DNA of 64,000 nt, from NCBI GenBank assembly GCA_045568995.1, contig JBJKZY010000024.1, positions 26,518 through 90,517 on the forward strand, given 5' to 3'. Source of the DNA: Fidelibacterota bacterium (GTDB taxonomy: Bacteria > Fidelibacterota > Marinisomatia > Marinisomatales > UBA1611). The notes below the pieces were generated by a model that had not been told where the DNA came from, searched no databases, and saw nothing but the letters and a program-made list of their open reading frames with translations. The position numbers and the translations under genes are program-made. The stretch's first letter is position 1; each line of letters begins with the position of its first letter. Below, in pieces: positions 1-9,600 of the stretch.

Positions 1-3000
1 GTGAAAGTGAATACTCGCTTCCTGCATGCATTTCTACAACAATGATATCACTAAAATCTCTAACCGATTGAATTTGTTGTTTAATATAGTAGGGGGTCAT
101 GTATGCAAAACCAGATTTGTTTTCCCCAGCATGTAGAAAGGGTTGATAATTATTATATTGCCCTGTTCTATCACTTGTAGACAAAAATGCGATTGTTTGA
201 CCTTTTACTGATTTAAATGCAGGAATATATGCTTCATAGCTATCTAGTCCTGCTCCTGAATGTAGGATCCCTGCCTCATTTAAAATATTCATTGTTTGAA
301 TCATACCAGGTTCCATATAGTCAAGAATATGGTTATTGGCCAGCGAAACAACATCAATGCCTCCGTATAATAAACCACTTACATTTTCAGGAGCACAACG
401 GAAAACAACTCCTTTTGTTGGATGTGGTGTTCCTTGATTTGTGAGCGGGATTTCTAAATTAGCAACGGTTATATCTGAAGCATTTCCTAATAAATCAATA
501 GTTGGTTCGAAAAGTGCTTCTACACCTTGATTTGAAATAATTCCATCTGAATATTCAAAACGTCTACCCATCATAATGTCACCAACAAAATTAATTGTGA
601 TGGGAAAAGATGTATTGCCATGATCTATCTCTATTATTTCTGATGACCAATCTCTTTGACCAGTTTCATCTTCAACAACAAGTAGAACTGAATAATTATG
701 ATCATCTTCAATAGTGTAATCATGAATTGGATTAGGTAATTGGGATGTCGCACCGTCACCAAATTCCCAATAGTAGGAAAAGGAATATGAATCAGTATCT
801 TGAACCGTGCTTGAGAATGAAATGGAAACTATTTGACTCTCTTGTTCATTACGTGTTTCAATTTGTTCATAATGAATTGACACTTTTGGAGCAATGGGTA
901 AGTCTGGAGTGATATCTCTTACCATGCTAAAATTTATATTTCCCGGTGAGCTTTGTGCATCGTCATGGTCGTTTATGAAATGTATTTCATTTAAAATGGA
1001 GAGGCTATCGTACCAAGCTAGCCAATCATCACCAATGGGAAGTCGGTAGGATGCCCAATCTCCAATTGGATTTACTCCCTGATATACTGGTATCCAGTTT
1101 TCGATATTTAAAATTTCAGATCCAAAGAGTGAGTAGCGTATATGATTGACTCCGTCTGAGAATCCTATCGCTTGAATTTCAGAAATACTATCTACTTTCG
1201 CAAAAACCTGAAGAGTCGTTCCAGAATCTAAAGAAAAGGGTTCAATGGATATCGATTTCCAGGTATTCCCAAAAAGAGAAAGCGTAGGGCTACTTCCAGG
1301 AATAGTTTGGTTTGTATCTATAAAAAAGTTATCAATATCTTGATCTTCACCAATTATACTTGAAATGGAAATGTCATCATTAAATGATACTAACGTGTCT
1401 GGCAAACCATGACCGGGTAATCGGTTTGTAGCAGATTCAGACCATTCACCGATATTGTTGAAGTAATCAACGGCTCTAGCTTTCAGCCACCATTCTCGTG
1501 AATTATTTAGCCCATTGAGAAATTGTTCATTTTCTCGCATGTATTGTAGTCTATTATAGTCAACATAGTCAAATATGATCGGATTATTATACAATGTATC
1601 TAGATCTGCATAGATTTGATACGATTTAAAATTTGTATCAAAAACAGGTGACCAATTAAGATAAACCTGATCAGAGTTGTCAACATTATAAGCTCTAATT
1701 GATTCAATTTTATTTGGTTGGATAATGTCCGGAACTGTTTCCCAATTATTTAAGTATTCTAAAATAGCAGTTATAAATGGGTCATAAAATTCACGGAGCA
1801 TTTGAAAATTTTGGATACCAACTGGATAAGATCCGTTGTTATAGACTTGCAAATCAGAAAGTTCAAGTTCATCAAATAGCATAGGTTTCTCATCTAGTTC
1901 AACATGAACCCATGGTTCATATACTGAGAGACTGCTAAATTGGGATTGTAGAGCAAGCATTTGAACTCCATTGGAGGGGCCTTTGAGTTCTGTTGCAATT
2001 GTAATTGGAAATTCATCTGATCCATTGTCATAAACACAAGCATCATCATAAAAAACTTCATAATAATCAGTAACATGCAAAGGTTCAGAATTACCAAATT
2101 GATCTATATCAATAGGGTACTCATTCGTGAAGTTTACAATGTCCAGGTGATCATCGGTTATGTCTCTTATTGGTTTGGTTGTAAATGAATTTTGTCCACC
2201 TGCTGCCATTATTATTGATTTACGATTTAAATGCGTCAAATTGTCAAAACTATGTATAGCAAAGACTAGAGGCCAATGTGGATTTACTCCAACTAGGGGA
2301 TCTGTTATTGCATCTTGAAATTTTTGAAAAACTGTGTGTGGATAGCGTGAAGGATCTGAAGTGGATTTACTATTTGAATAGTCGCCAACCTCACTCCAGG
2401 AGTATTCTCGAGAAGCTCCAGCGATCATAAAGCCAAATGAGTCGGTTTTTAGAAATAGATCAAGCGCTATGTATGGAGCGATAAAATCATCGCAGGGGTG
2501 AGGGACTTGTATGAGAATTTGTTCTTTAAAAGCATCTGGGCTGATAATGTAAAGTCCCCATCCATTTCGAAATCCTCCTGTAACATCATCACTGTCTACT
2601 CCTGGATTATTATAATCAATATAGCTACTATCAAGTTGTTCTCTAAGTAAATGAAAAGTTCTCCCATACGTTGTGTCTTGGAAAACCACAATTTCATAAA
2701 AAAATGATTGAATTGAATCCTGCAAAAGAGAATCCACAAAAGTGGTATCACCTGCTACAAAATAAGTAAAAATAGTTTCCCAATAATCTAGAGTTGGTGA
2801 ATTTTCAGTTAAGACTCGGTGATTGCCAAATCCATTGGTCTGGATATCCAACCACTCAGGACCGTAATCGTTAAATCCTGGACTTGCTATGCCTTCAGTA
2901 ACGTGACTTAACCAATTTTCGTACGATGTTTCGGGAGAATTTCCAGCTATGAACTCCGTTAAAGATCCTTGTTCATAAATTATTTCTGAAAAAATTAGAG

Positions 3001-3034
3001 TTACAGTTAGAAGAGCAAGGATTATATGCTTCAT
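1..3034 (-). CDS. Secreted multidomain protein, partial (C-terminus lies beyond the left edge): unknown N-terminal domain, FN3-like and PKD-like segments, CapA/PGA_cap-type metallophosphoesterase domain
   Basis: Missing from the ORF track because it runs off the edge. My minus-strand translation from the ATG at 3034..3032 is stop-free down to position 2 (about 1010 codons). Signal-like N-terminus MKHIILALLTVTLIFSE. PKD-type motif YYWEFGDGATS at about nt 741-775. The last ~200 aa (FVGDIMMGRR...ANLEIPLT...GIDVVSLANNHILDY...HSGAG...IIVVEMHAGSEY) match the CapA-family pattern. Confidence 0.6.
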   Translation of the reverse strand, partial: MKHIILALLTVTLIFSEIIYEQGSLTEFIAGNSPETSYENWLSHVTEGIASPGFNDYGPEWLDIQTNGFGNHRVLTENSPTLDYWETIFTYFVAGDTTFVDSLLQDSIQSFFYEIVVFQDTTYGRTFHLLREQLDSSYIDYNNPGVDSDDVTGGFRNGWGLYIISPDAFKEQILIQVPHPCDDFIAPYIALDLFLKTDSFGFMIAGASREYSWSEVGDYSNSKSTSDPSRYPHTVFQKFQDAITDPLVGVNPHWPLVFAIHSFDNLTHLNRKSIIMAAGGQNSFTTKPIRDITDDHLDIVNFTNEYPIDIDQFGNSEPLHVTDYYEVFYDDACVYDNGSDEFPITIATELKGPSNGVQMLALQSQFSSLSVYEPWVHVELDEKPMLFDELELSDLQVYNNGSYPVGIQNFQMLREFYDPFITAILEYLNNWETVPDIIQPNKIESIRAYNVDNSDQVYLNWSPVFDTNFKSYQIYADLDTLYNNPIIFDYVDYNRLQYMRENEQFLNGLNNSREWWLKARAVDYFNNIGEWSESATNRLPGHGLPDTLVSFNDDISISSIIGEDQDIDNFFIDTNQTIPGSSPTLSLFGNTWKSISIEPFSLDSGTTLQVFAKVDSISEIQAIGFSDGVNHIRYSLFGSEILNIENWIPVYQGVNPIGDWASYRLPIGDDWLAWYDSLSILNEIHFINDHDDAQSSPGNINFSMVRDITPDLPIAPKVSIHYEQIETRNEQESQIVSISFSSTVQDTDSYSFSYYWEFGDGATSQLPNPIHDYTIEDDHNYSVLLVVEDETGQRDWSSEIIEIDHGNTSFPITINFVGDIMMGRRFEYSDGIISNQGVEALFEPTIDLLGNASDITVANLEIPLTNQGTPHPTKGVVFRCAPENVSGLLYGGIDVVSLANNHILDYMEPGMIQTMNILNEAGILHSGAGLDSYEAYIPAFKSVKGQTIAFLSTSDRTGQYNNYQPFLHAGENKSGFAYMTPYYIKQQIQSVRDFSDIIVVEMHAGSEYSLS

Positions 3035-3061
3035 TTTTATTAGAGATAACTATAATTGTGT

Positions 3062-6000
3062 TTATTTTAAATAAATAATTTTCTCTACGCTTTTTGAGTC
3101 TATTGAATGTAGTTTGACAAAGTATACTCCGGTACTTACTTCTTGACCTAATTTATTTTTAGCATTCCAAGAAATATTGTATTTTCCAGGAGTAAAATGA
3201 TTCATAGAAAATCTTTGAATTTCCTTTCCAAGAATATCATAAATTATAATTTCCGATTCTATATAATTAGCAATTTGGAATGGTATGGTGATTCTCCCAT
3301 TAAAAGGATTGGGATATGCAGTCAGAAGAGATGTTTCTTTAGGTAAAATTTGCTCAAGGTCTTTAGATGTAAGGTCTCCGATATTTTCTTCTCCAGGAGT
3401 TCCGTAGTCTTGAGAGGAAACCCATGATGCCGAAAGCGCATTATCCAAGTCTGGACTAATTAGCTCAAGGGTAGGTCCATTACCATCGGGTTCTATCGGC
3501 CAAGGATCAGTATCATCATAAGAGACGGAATCTTTAAGGATACCATCATAGTCAAATATGCGAATTTCATCTCCGCCGCCACCAAGGCCAAAATCAAATG
3601 GTCCTATTACTTGCTCTGTGTTTGGAAAGCTTGTATTAAAAAGATCAGGGTCTCGAGCAATGATTAAATAACTATTGCTGTTTAATATCGTTGATTCAGG
3701 AATATTGAATATATGATCATTATTATCGTCCTTAAAAATCCAGCCTGACATATCAAGGTCCAGTTCTCCTGAGTTAAACAATTCTACCCAATCACCAGGA
3801 TCAAAATCATCAGATGAGTTATAATTGATTTCATTTATCACCACATTTCCCAATGTTAATTCAGTGGGAGTAAATACTGCTGTAAGAGTAAATGGATTTG
3901 TTATATCAACCTGTATTGTCTGATTTGAATCTGGAAATTCAAGCCAGTGGCTGAAAATAAAACCATCCTTCTGTTTAGCACTTACATTAACAGGGATACC
4001 AGGAAAATAATATCCTGACCAGGAATTTTCATCAATGCTAAGAGTGTTTAAATTCACCGATCCTGCTCCACCAGGTGAAATATTTATTGTTAATTGGGCA
4101 AGGTTAGGTAGATCCAGTTCATTCCTTAAATGATTAATTGCATAAGATCGTCTGTTATTGCCAAAGTTTTCCATGATATTCAATCTCTCTTCCCAATTCA
4201 CGGTTGAGTTGGGCCAGTTTCCATTATTGTACCACCTTGATCGATGAGTGGGGATAACACTTTCAATATTTCCTGAAATAGAATCTAGGTGATTTGATAG
4301 AAACTCTGGCTGAAAAACGGTGTTAAGCATATCACAGTAAGTGTTAATAAAAATATTTTCAAACGTGTTATTTTCCATTAGCTTTCTAAAAACAAATGTG
4401 CTCCATGGAGGGTTTGGCCAACCTGGACCGTATGGATCTAGTGCAAAGCTTAGTGTGTTAAAAGTATAGGCGTACGAATCCCAAATACTAAAACCAAAAT
4501 CGGTGTCATAGAGAATCCATCTCCATTTTCCACCAACTCGATGATCTCTCCAAAACTTAATATTATTTCCAGGCCAATCTCGATTATCAATAAAAATCTG
4601 AAATGCCTGATAGCTCATGTATGATTCGATATCTATCCAATTTTCAATTGCATTCTCAACCAAGGGGTCATTCATTTCTTGAGTTTCAAGATAGTTCATC
4701 AAAACTTGATAATCAGTGTTGCTTCCATGTACAATATTTTCTTCATTAATACCCTGAATATCTAACAAATCAATATGCTCGGGCGCTATGGAGTGATTAG
4801 AAGAGATAAAGTGTTCATTAACTTTTTCTCGAATATTTTGAATTCCCCAAAATTCGCCATTTAAAAATAACAGTGCAGGCCTGTAACGTTGGTGGTCAAT
4901 ATTTAGGTCATCAGCAATACTTGTTATAAACCCGTCTCTCATTGCGGTTGATTCCCAATCATTTCCGGAATTACGTAAAACAAAAGCCTCATATTCATCT
5001 ATGTTGGAATCAGGGAACAGTGGATATTCAAAACTACTAGGACCAAAATGACTTCTTGCAAATATGGATAATGATTTTTGTGGAAAGGCTCTACTCCAAC
5101 CGCCAAAAATTTTTACTCCTGCATTAGCAGCATATCCAGAACCATCGGGTTCACGTATTTCGAAATGTATGGGTCGTTCCCAGTCTTCCCAGAAATTGGA
5201 TCCAAAGTAGGGAAAATTTTGTTCGTAGTTTGATCCATGTACATACATCCCCGTATCTTCATCAAAAAAACTGTTTGGGTCTGTGGTGATAAAAATTTTG
5301 GGTAATTCCTCCGAGTAATCCTGACCATATATAAAGGTTTTTGACTCTATTTCAGAAGGAACCCATCCTTCTTGGAAAGAACGAGCTCGAATTACAGATG
5401 TAGAAAACAATAAAATAGGTTCTTCATAAATAGATGACAGCTGATTCGGTTTAGTTCCATCTGTAGTGTAGTGTATGGTAGCGTTTTCATCTGAGCTCAT
5501 AATTTCAAGAATAAGAGGTGTAGAGTTAAAAAAACCAGATTCTAGAGAAAATTCTGGAGTATTAAGAGCACCTATAAAGGAAGGATTATCATTTGATTCC
5601 CAAGGGGTAGGATTGGAGAAAGTTCTCCAATCAGGTCCTTCCAATTGTCTTCCAAAAGACATATCTGTCTCTAGTACATCAACAAAAACAGAGTCCAAAA
5701 TATTTTCATTTTCATCGCTTAAGATTATTGTTTCGCCACCACTGCTAATTCTAAAATTTGTATGTAAAAAAGAATTTGGTAATTCCATTAATTCATTCGG
5801 CTCAATAATATCTTGAGTATGCAGATTGTAACCAACTGTTAGAAATGGTATACAACTTAAATCTGAGGAAGTTGAATTATAATTATGAACTTCAATAGCG
5901 AGGCTATTTAACCCATCTATAAGTGGATATTGATCCAGGTCTATCATGATTTGTTCTGGAAATCCTCCTGAATATATTTCTGCTTCATGGAGGGCAGTTG

Positions 6001-6631
6001 TTGTAGTGTTATAGTAGACAGGGGATCCAGGAGCCCCTAGGTTTCTGCGGGAAAATTCAACTCCATTTAAGTAAGCGACATATCCGTCATCATAATCAAG
6101 ATGGAATAATGCCTTAGAAATTATAGAAGCATCATCAATCCAAAAATCTTTTCTAACATATACGGATATAACTTGTGAAATATTTGTATTGTCATCGTTG
6201 TCACCATATCCAAACCCACTATTACCCGTTGACCATGAACTTATATTTGTATTTGGATCTTGCCAGTTTGAAATAGGGGCGCTGTTCGCCGGGAAAAAAG
6301 ACCATTCGTCTCCCCAATCTATAATTGCATCCCAGCTATGTATAATGTCAGTACGGTTTTTTTCCGATGCAAATACTACAAGGAATTCATCTGGGTTAAT
6401 GTTTATATCAGGAAAAACCCATTTGTGAAAGTCTTCAGCATTATCGCTCAGCCCAAAATTTGAAAGGTTAAGTGGCTCTGAACCATAGTTATAAATTTCA
6501 ATCCAGTCTGGTGTCTCACCATCTTCATCATATAGATTGTCACCATTGCTAGATACTATTTCATTTAATTGGACTGCCTGCCCAAGACTAAATGAAATGT
6601 GAAAGATAATTAGTAAGATTATATATCTCAT
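3062..6631 (-). CDS. Giant secreted CotH-family (atypical kinase fold) protein with two lamin-tail domains, a chitobiase-C/FN3-associated segment, an InlB-B-repeat-like Ig domain and a T9SS C-terminal sorting domain
   Basis: 1189-aa ORF with a signal peptide. LTD motifs LNEIVSSN...PDWIEIYNYG and VVINEINYNS...GDWVELFNSG. CotH-like core ...VLRNSGNDWE...LFLNGEFWGIQNIREK...DRDWPGNNIKFWR. HYTTDGTKP segment. CTD YPNPFNGRITIPF...GVYFVKL...IIYLK. Confidence 0.7.
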   Translation of the reverse strand: MRYIILLIIFHISFSLGQAVQLNEIVSSNGDNLYDEDGETPDWIEIYNYGSEPLNLSNFGLSDNAEDFHKWVFPDININPDEFLVVFASEKNRTDIIHSWDAIIDWGDEWSFFPANSAPISNWQDPNTNISSWSTGNSGFGYGDNDDNTNISQVISVYVRKDFWIDDASIISKALFHLDYDDGYVAYLNGVEFSRRNLGAPGSPVYYNTTTTALHEAEIYSGGFPEQIMIDLDQYPLIDGLNSLAIEVHNYNSTSSDLSCIPFLTVGYNLHTQDIIEPNELMELPNSFLHTNFRISSGGETIILSDENENILDSVFVDVLETDMSFGRQLEGPDWRTFSNPTPWESNDNPSFIGALNTPEFSLESGFFNSTPLILEIMSSDENATIHYTTDGTKPNQLSSIYEEPILLFSTSVIRARSFQEGWVPSEIESKTFIYGQDYSEELPKIFITTDPNSFFDEDTGMYVHGSNYEQNFPYFGSNFWEDWERPIHFEIREPDGSGYAANAGVKIFGGWSRAFPQKSLSIFARSHFGPSSFEYPLFPDSNIDEYEAFVLRNSGNDWESTAMRDGFITSIADDLNIDHQRYRPALLFLNGEFWGIQNIREKVNEHFISSNHSIAPEHIDLLDIQGINEENIVHGSNTDYQVLMNYLETQEMNDPLVENAIENWIDIESYMSYQAFQIFIDNRDWPGNNIKFWRDHRVGGKWRWILYDTDFGFSIWDSYAYTFNTLSFALDPYGPGWPNPPWSTFVFRKLMENNTFENIFINTYCDMLNTVFQPEFLSNHLDSISGNIESVIPTHRSRWYNNGNWPNSTVNWEERLNIMENFGNNRRSYAINHLRNELDLPNLAQLTINISPGGAGSVNLNTLSIDENSWSGYYFPGIPVNVSAKQKDGFIFSHWLEFPDSNQTIQVDITNPFTLTAVFTPTELTLGNVVINEINYNSSDDFDPGDWVELFNSGELDLDMSGWIFKDDNNDHIFNIPESTILNSNSYLIIARDPDLFNTSFPNTEQVIGPFDFGLGGGGDEIRIFDYDGILKDSVSYDDTDPWPIEPDGNGPTLELISPDLDNALSASWVSSQDYGTPGEENIGDLTSKDLEQILPKETSLLTAYPNPFNGRITIPFQIANYIESEIIIYDILGKEIQRFSMNHFTPGKYNISWNAKNKLGQEVSTGVYFVKLHSIDSKSVEKIIYLK

Positions 6632-6699
6632 AACATCAAAAATTAAAAGTTTATAGGCTTACATGTTATTTTAATTATAATGAAAATTTTGATTCTAAT

Positions 6700-9600
6700 A
6701 TGAAATTTATTGATTTAATTATATTATTTATTTTTCTAGCAAATAATGTGATATACACACAACCTGTTATTATAAATGAGTTTTTAGCATCAAATGTTAG
6801 AGATACCCCTGAAATGCAAGATTTTGATGATTATACTGATTGGGTCGAGCTATATAATTCATCGAATGAACAAGTTGCGCTTGACGAAGTTTTTCTTACA
6901 GATGATTTTGATAATCCTATAAAATGGAAAATTCCAAATGGTACATTAATTGACTCTGAAGGGTACTTAGTTATCTGGGCAGATGATTATAATGAAGGCC
7001 CTGATCATATATATACCAGACCTTACTGGCCATGGGATCAATTTGTAACTCAAAATTTTCATACCAATTTTAAATTAAATAAAAATGGGGAAGAGATAGG
7101 TCTATTCAAGGCTGAAGAATCTGGAACGGTTATGCTAGTTGAAGAAGGGGCCTTATGGAAGTATCTTGATAATGGCACCAATCAGGGGTTTGAATGGTTT
7201 GAAGCGAGTTATAATGATGAAGATTGGAATTCTGGATATGCAGAATTGGGGTATGGTGATGGTGACGAAATAACAATTGTAGGATATGGAAATGATGAAG
7301 ATAATAAATATACTACAACATATTTTAGACATATGTTTGTTGCTACTGATACGGAGAATCTTCAGAGTCTAAATGTAAGGTTAAAAAGAGATGATGGCGC
7401 AGTAGTATACCTAAATGGCAATGAAATTATTAGGGATAATATGCCAACAGGTTCAATCTACTATGATACTTTTGCAACTGATTATGTAGGCTCAGATGAA
7501 GAGGATGACTTTTTTAGTTGGTTCCTATCTAGTGATTTACTTCAGAACGGGGAGAATTTCATCGCTGTTGAGATTCATCAGGTCAGCGAATCCAGTTCTG
7601 ATATAAGTTTTGATTTAGAATTAATTGGAATCTCATATTCTAACATTGTTTTAATGGATTCCATTTCTTTTATTGACCAGATATCAGATGTTTCTTATGG
7701 AAGAACAAACAATGAATCGGGCTGGTCTTTTTTTGGTGAACCAACTCCTGGGATGCCAAACAATACTTCTGCAAGTACAACTGTGGAGGTCTCTAGCGAT
7801 GTAGAGTTTTCTGTTAGTCCTGGATTTTATGAATCACCACAAATGATTGAGTTATTTTCTGAGGACCCGATCTTTTACACTCTTGATGGAACCAAACCGG
7901 GATCAAATGACCTTCTTTACATTGATCCCATTCCTATTATGAATACGACTGTATTAAAGGTCCGGTCTATGGGATTGAATAAACTTCCAAGCGAAGTGTT
8001 AGCATCAACTTATTTTATTTCTGAGCAGAATTATTTACCTACTATTTCTCTGTCAGCAAAGCCTGAAACACTTTGGGATGAGGATATAGGGATTTATGAG
8101 AATGAGTATAAGCAAAGAGAAATACCTGTAACGATTGAATATTTTACTCCTGAAAATAATTACCAGTTTACGGTCAGTGCTGGTGCAAGGCTCGGAGGAG
8201 AAAATATTTGGACTAAGCCTCAGAAGCCTTTCACGATTTATACTAGAAATCGTTTTGGACAAGACTTTATTACTTACCCATTATTTAAAAATAAACCAAT
8301 TGCTAATTTCTCTAGAATAGTACTGCGTAATGGAGGGGATGATTGGGAAGAAACATTGATAAGAGATCCTATGACAGAAAGTCTAGTTGCCGGGATGATG
8401 GAGTGCGGATATATGGCTTATTCTCCATCTTCACTATTTTTAAATGGTGAGTATTGGGGTATACATAATATTCGCGAAAAATTTGACACTCAGTATTTTT
8501 CAGAAAATTTTAATGTGAACCCTGATAACCTTGATCATCTTGAATATACTAATACTCAAAGTGGAACGGAGATGCTCGTTATTGAAGGGACACGAGATCA
8601 CTATAATTCCATGATTGGTTACATAATGAGTCATGATCTAAATAATGTAAATGTCTATAATGAAATTCAACAACGAATGAATATAGATAGTTTTATTGAC
8701 CAGGTAACCATGACTATTTATTGTGCAAACACTAGTTGGGGGCACAATCGGGAGTGGTGGAGGCCTCGCGAAGAAGATGGTAAATGGCAGTGGCTAATTG
8801 TTGATTTGGATAGAGGATTTAATGAAAATAATAGCAACACCAATCTCATAGATAATTTAAAAGATGACTATGATTTGTTTCAATATTTATTAAACAGTTC
8901 ATTTTTTGTTGACCGGTTTGTTCAACGATCTGCAGCCCATTTGAGTAATACATTTTTTGCCGGAAGAATAAACTCTATAGTGGATAGTTTAGGAAGCATG
9001 ATTAATCTAGAAATGCCTAGGCATATAAATAGATGGGGAAATGAAGGTGGTATCCCGTCCATGAATATTTGGGAGAGTGAGCTGGATGGAATAAAACAAT
9101 TTGCTGAAAACAGGAGTACTACTGTTGAAAATCAAATGATTGATGAGTTGAACTTAGAAGGCACTACTGAGGTAATAGTCAATGTTCAGCCACAAGGAGC
9201 AGGAAAAGTAATGTTAAACGGTATTCCTTTAATTCATCCAGAAGGGAAGGGAAATTTTTTTAAAAATAAACCGCTTCATTTAACTGCATTTTCCATGCCA
9301 GGATATCAATTTGTTGGTTGGGGTGGAGTATCTGACTCAACAACAATTACTTATAATTGTACTATGGATACTACATTTATTGCAATTTTTGAAGTTTCAA
9401 ATGAAATTATACTTCCTGAGGTAATTGAGCAAAATACAATTCTTACCAACACTCATCCATATGTAGTAATTCAAGACCTATTAATACCCTCAGATATTTT
9501 ACTTACTATCCAGGAAGGGGCGGAGTTAAGAATGTTTCATGGAAGCAATATTTACGTGGAAGGTCAACTCCTTATTAACGGTACAGAGGAAAACCCAATT

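Noticed and set aside
217-2097. Track ORFs 217..444 (+) and 1894..2097 (-) are the only calls in the first 3 kb.
   Set aside because: Both lie inside, and out of frame with, the long stop-free minus-strand reading frame (1..3034), which has clear PKD and CapA-like motifs. They are shadow ORFs.
5113-6428. Small ORFs inside or antisense to the first CotH gene (5113..5328 -, 5475..5816 +, 6189..6428 +).
   Set aside because: They are entirely nested in a 1189-aa gene with strong domain content. They have low-complexity translations and no start context, as expected of AT-rich shadow frames. The same applies to 8053..8262, 8135..8320, 11472..11696, 11805..12053, 13468..13680, 19069..19323 and 20497..20679.
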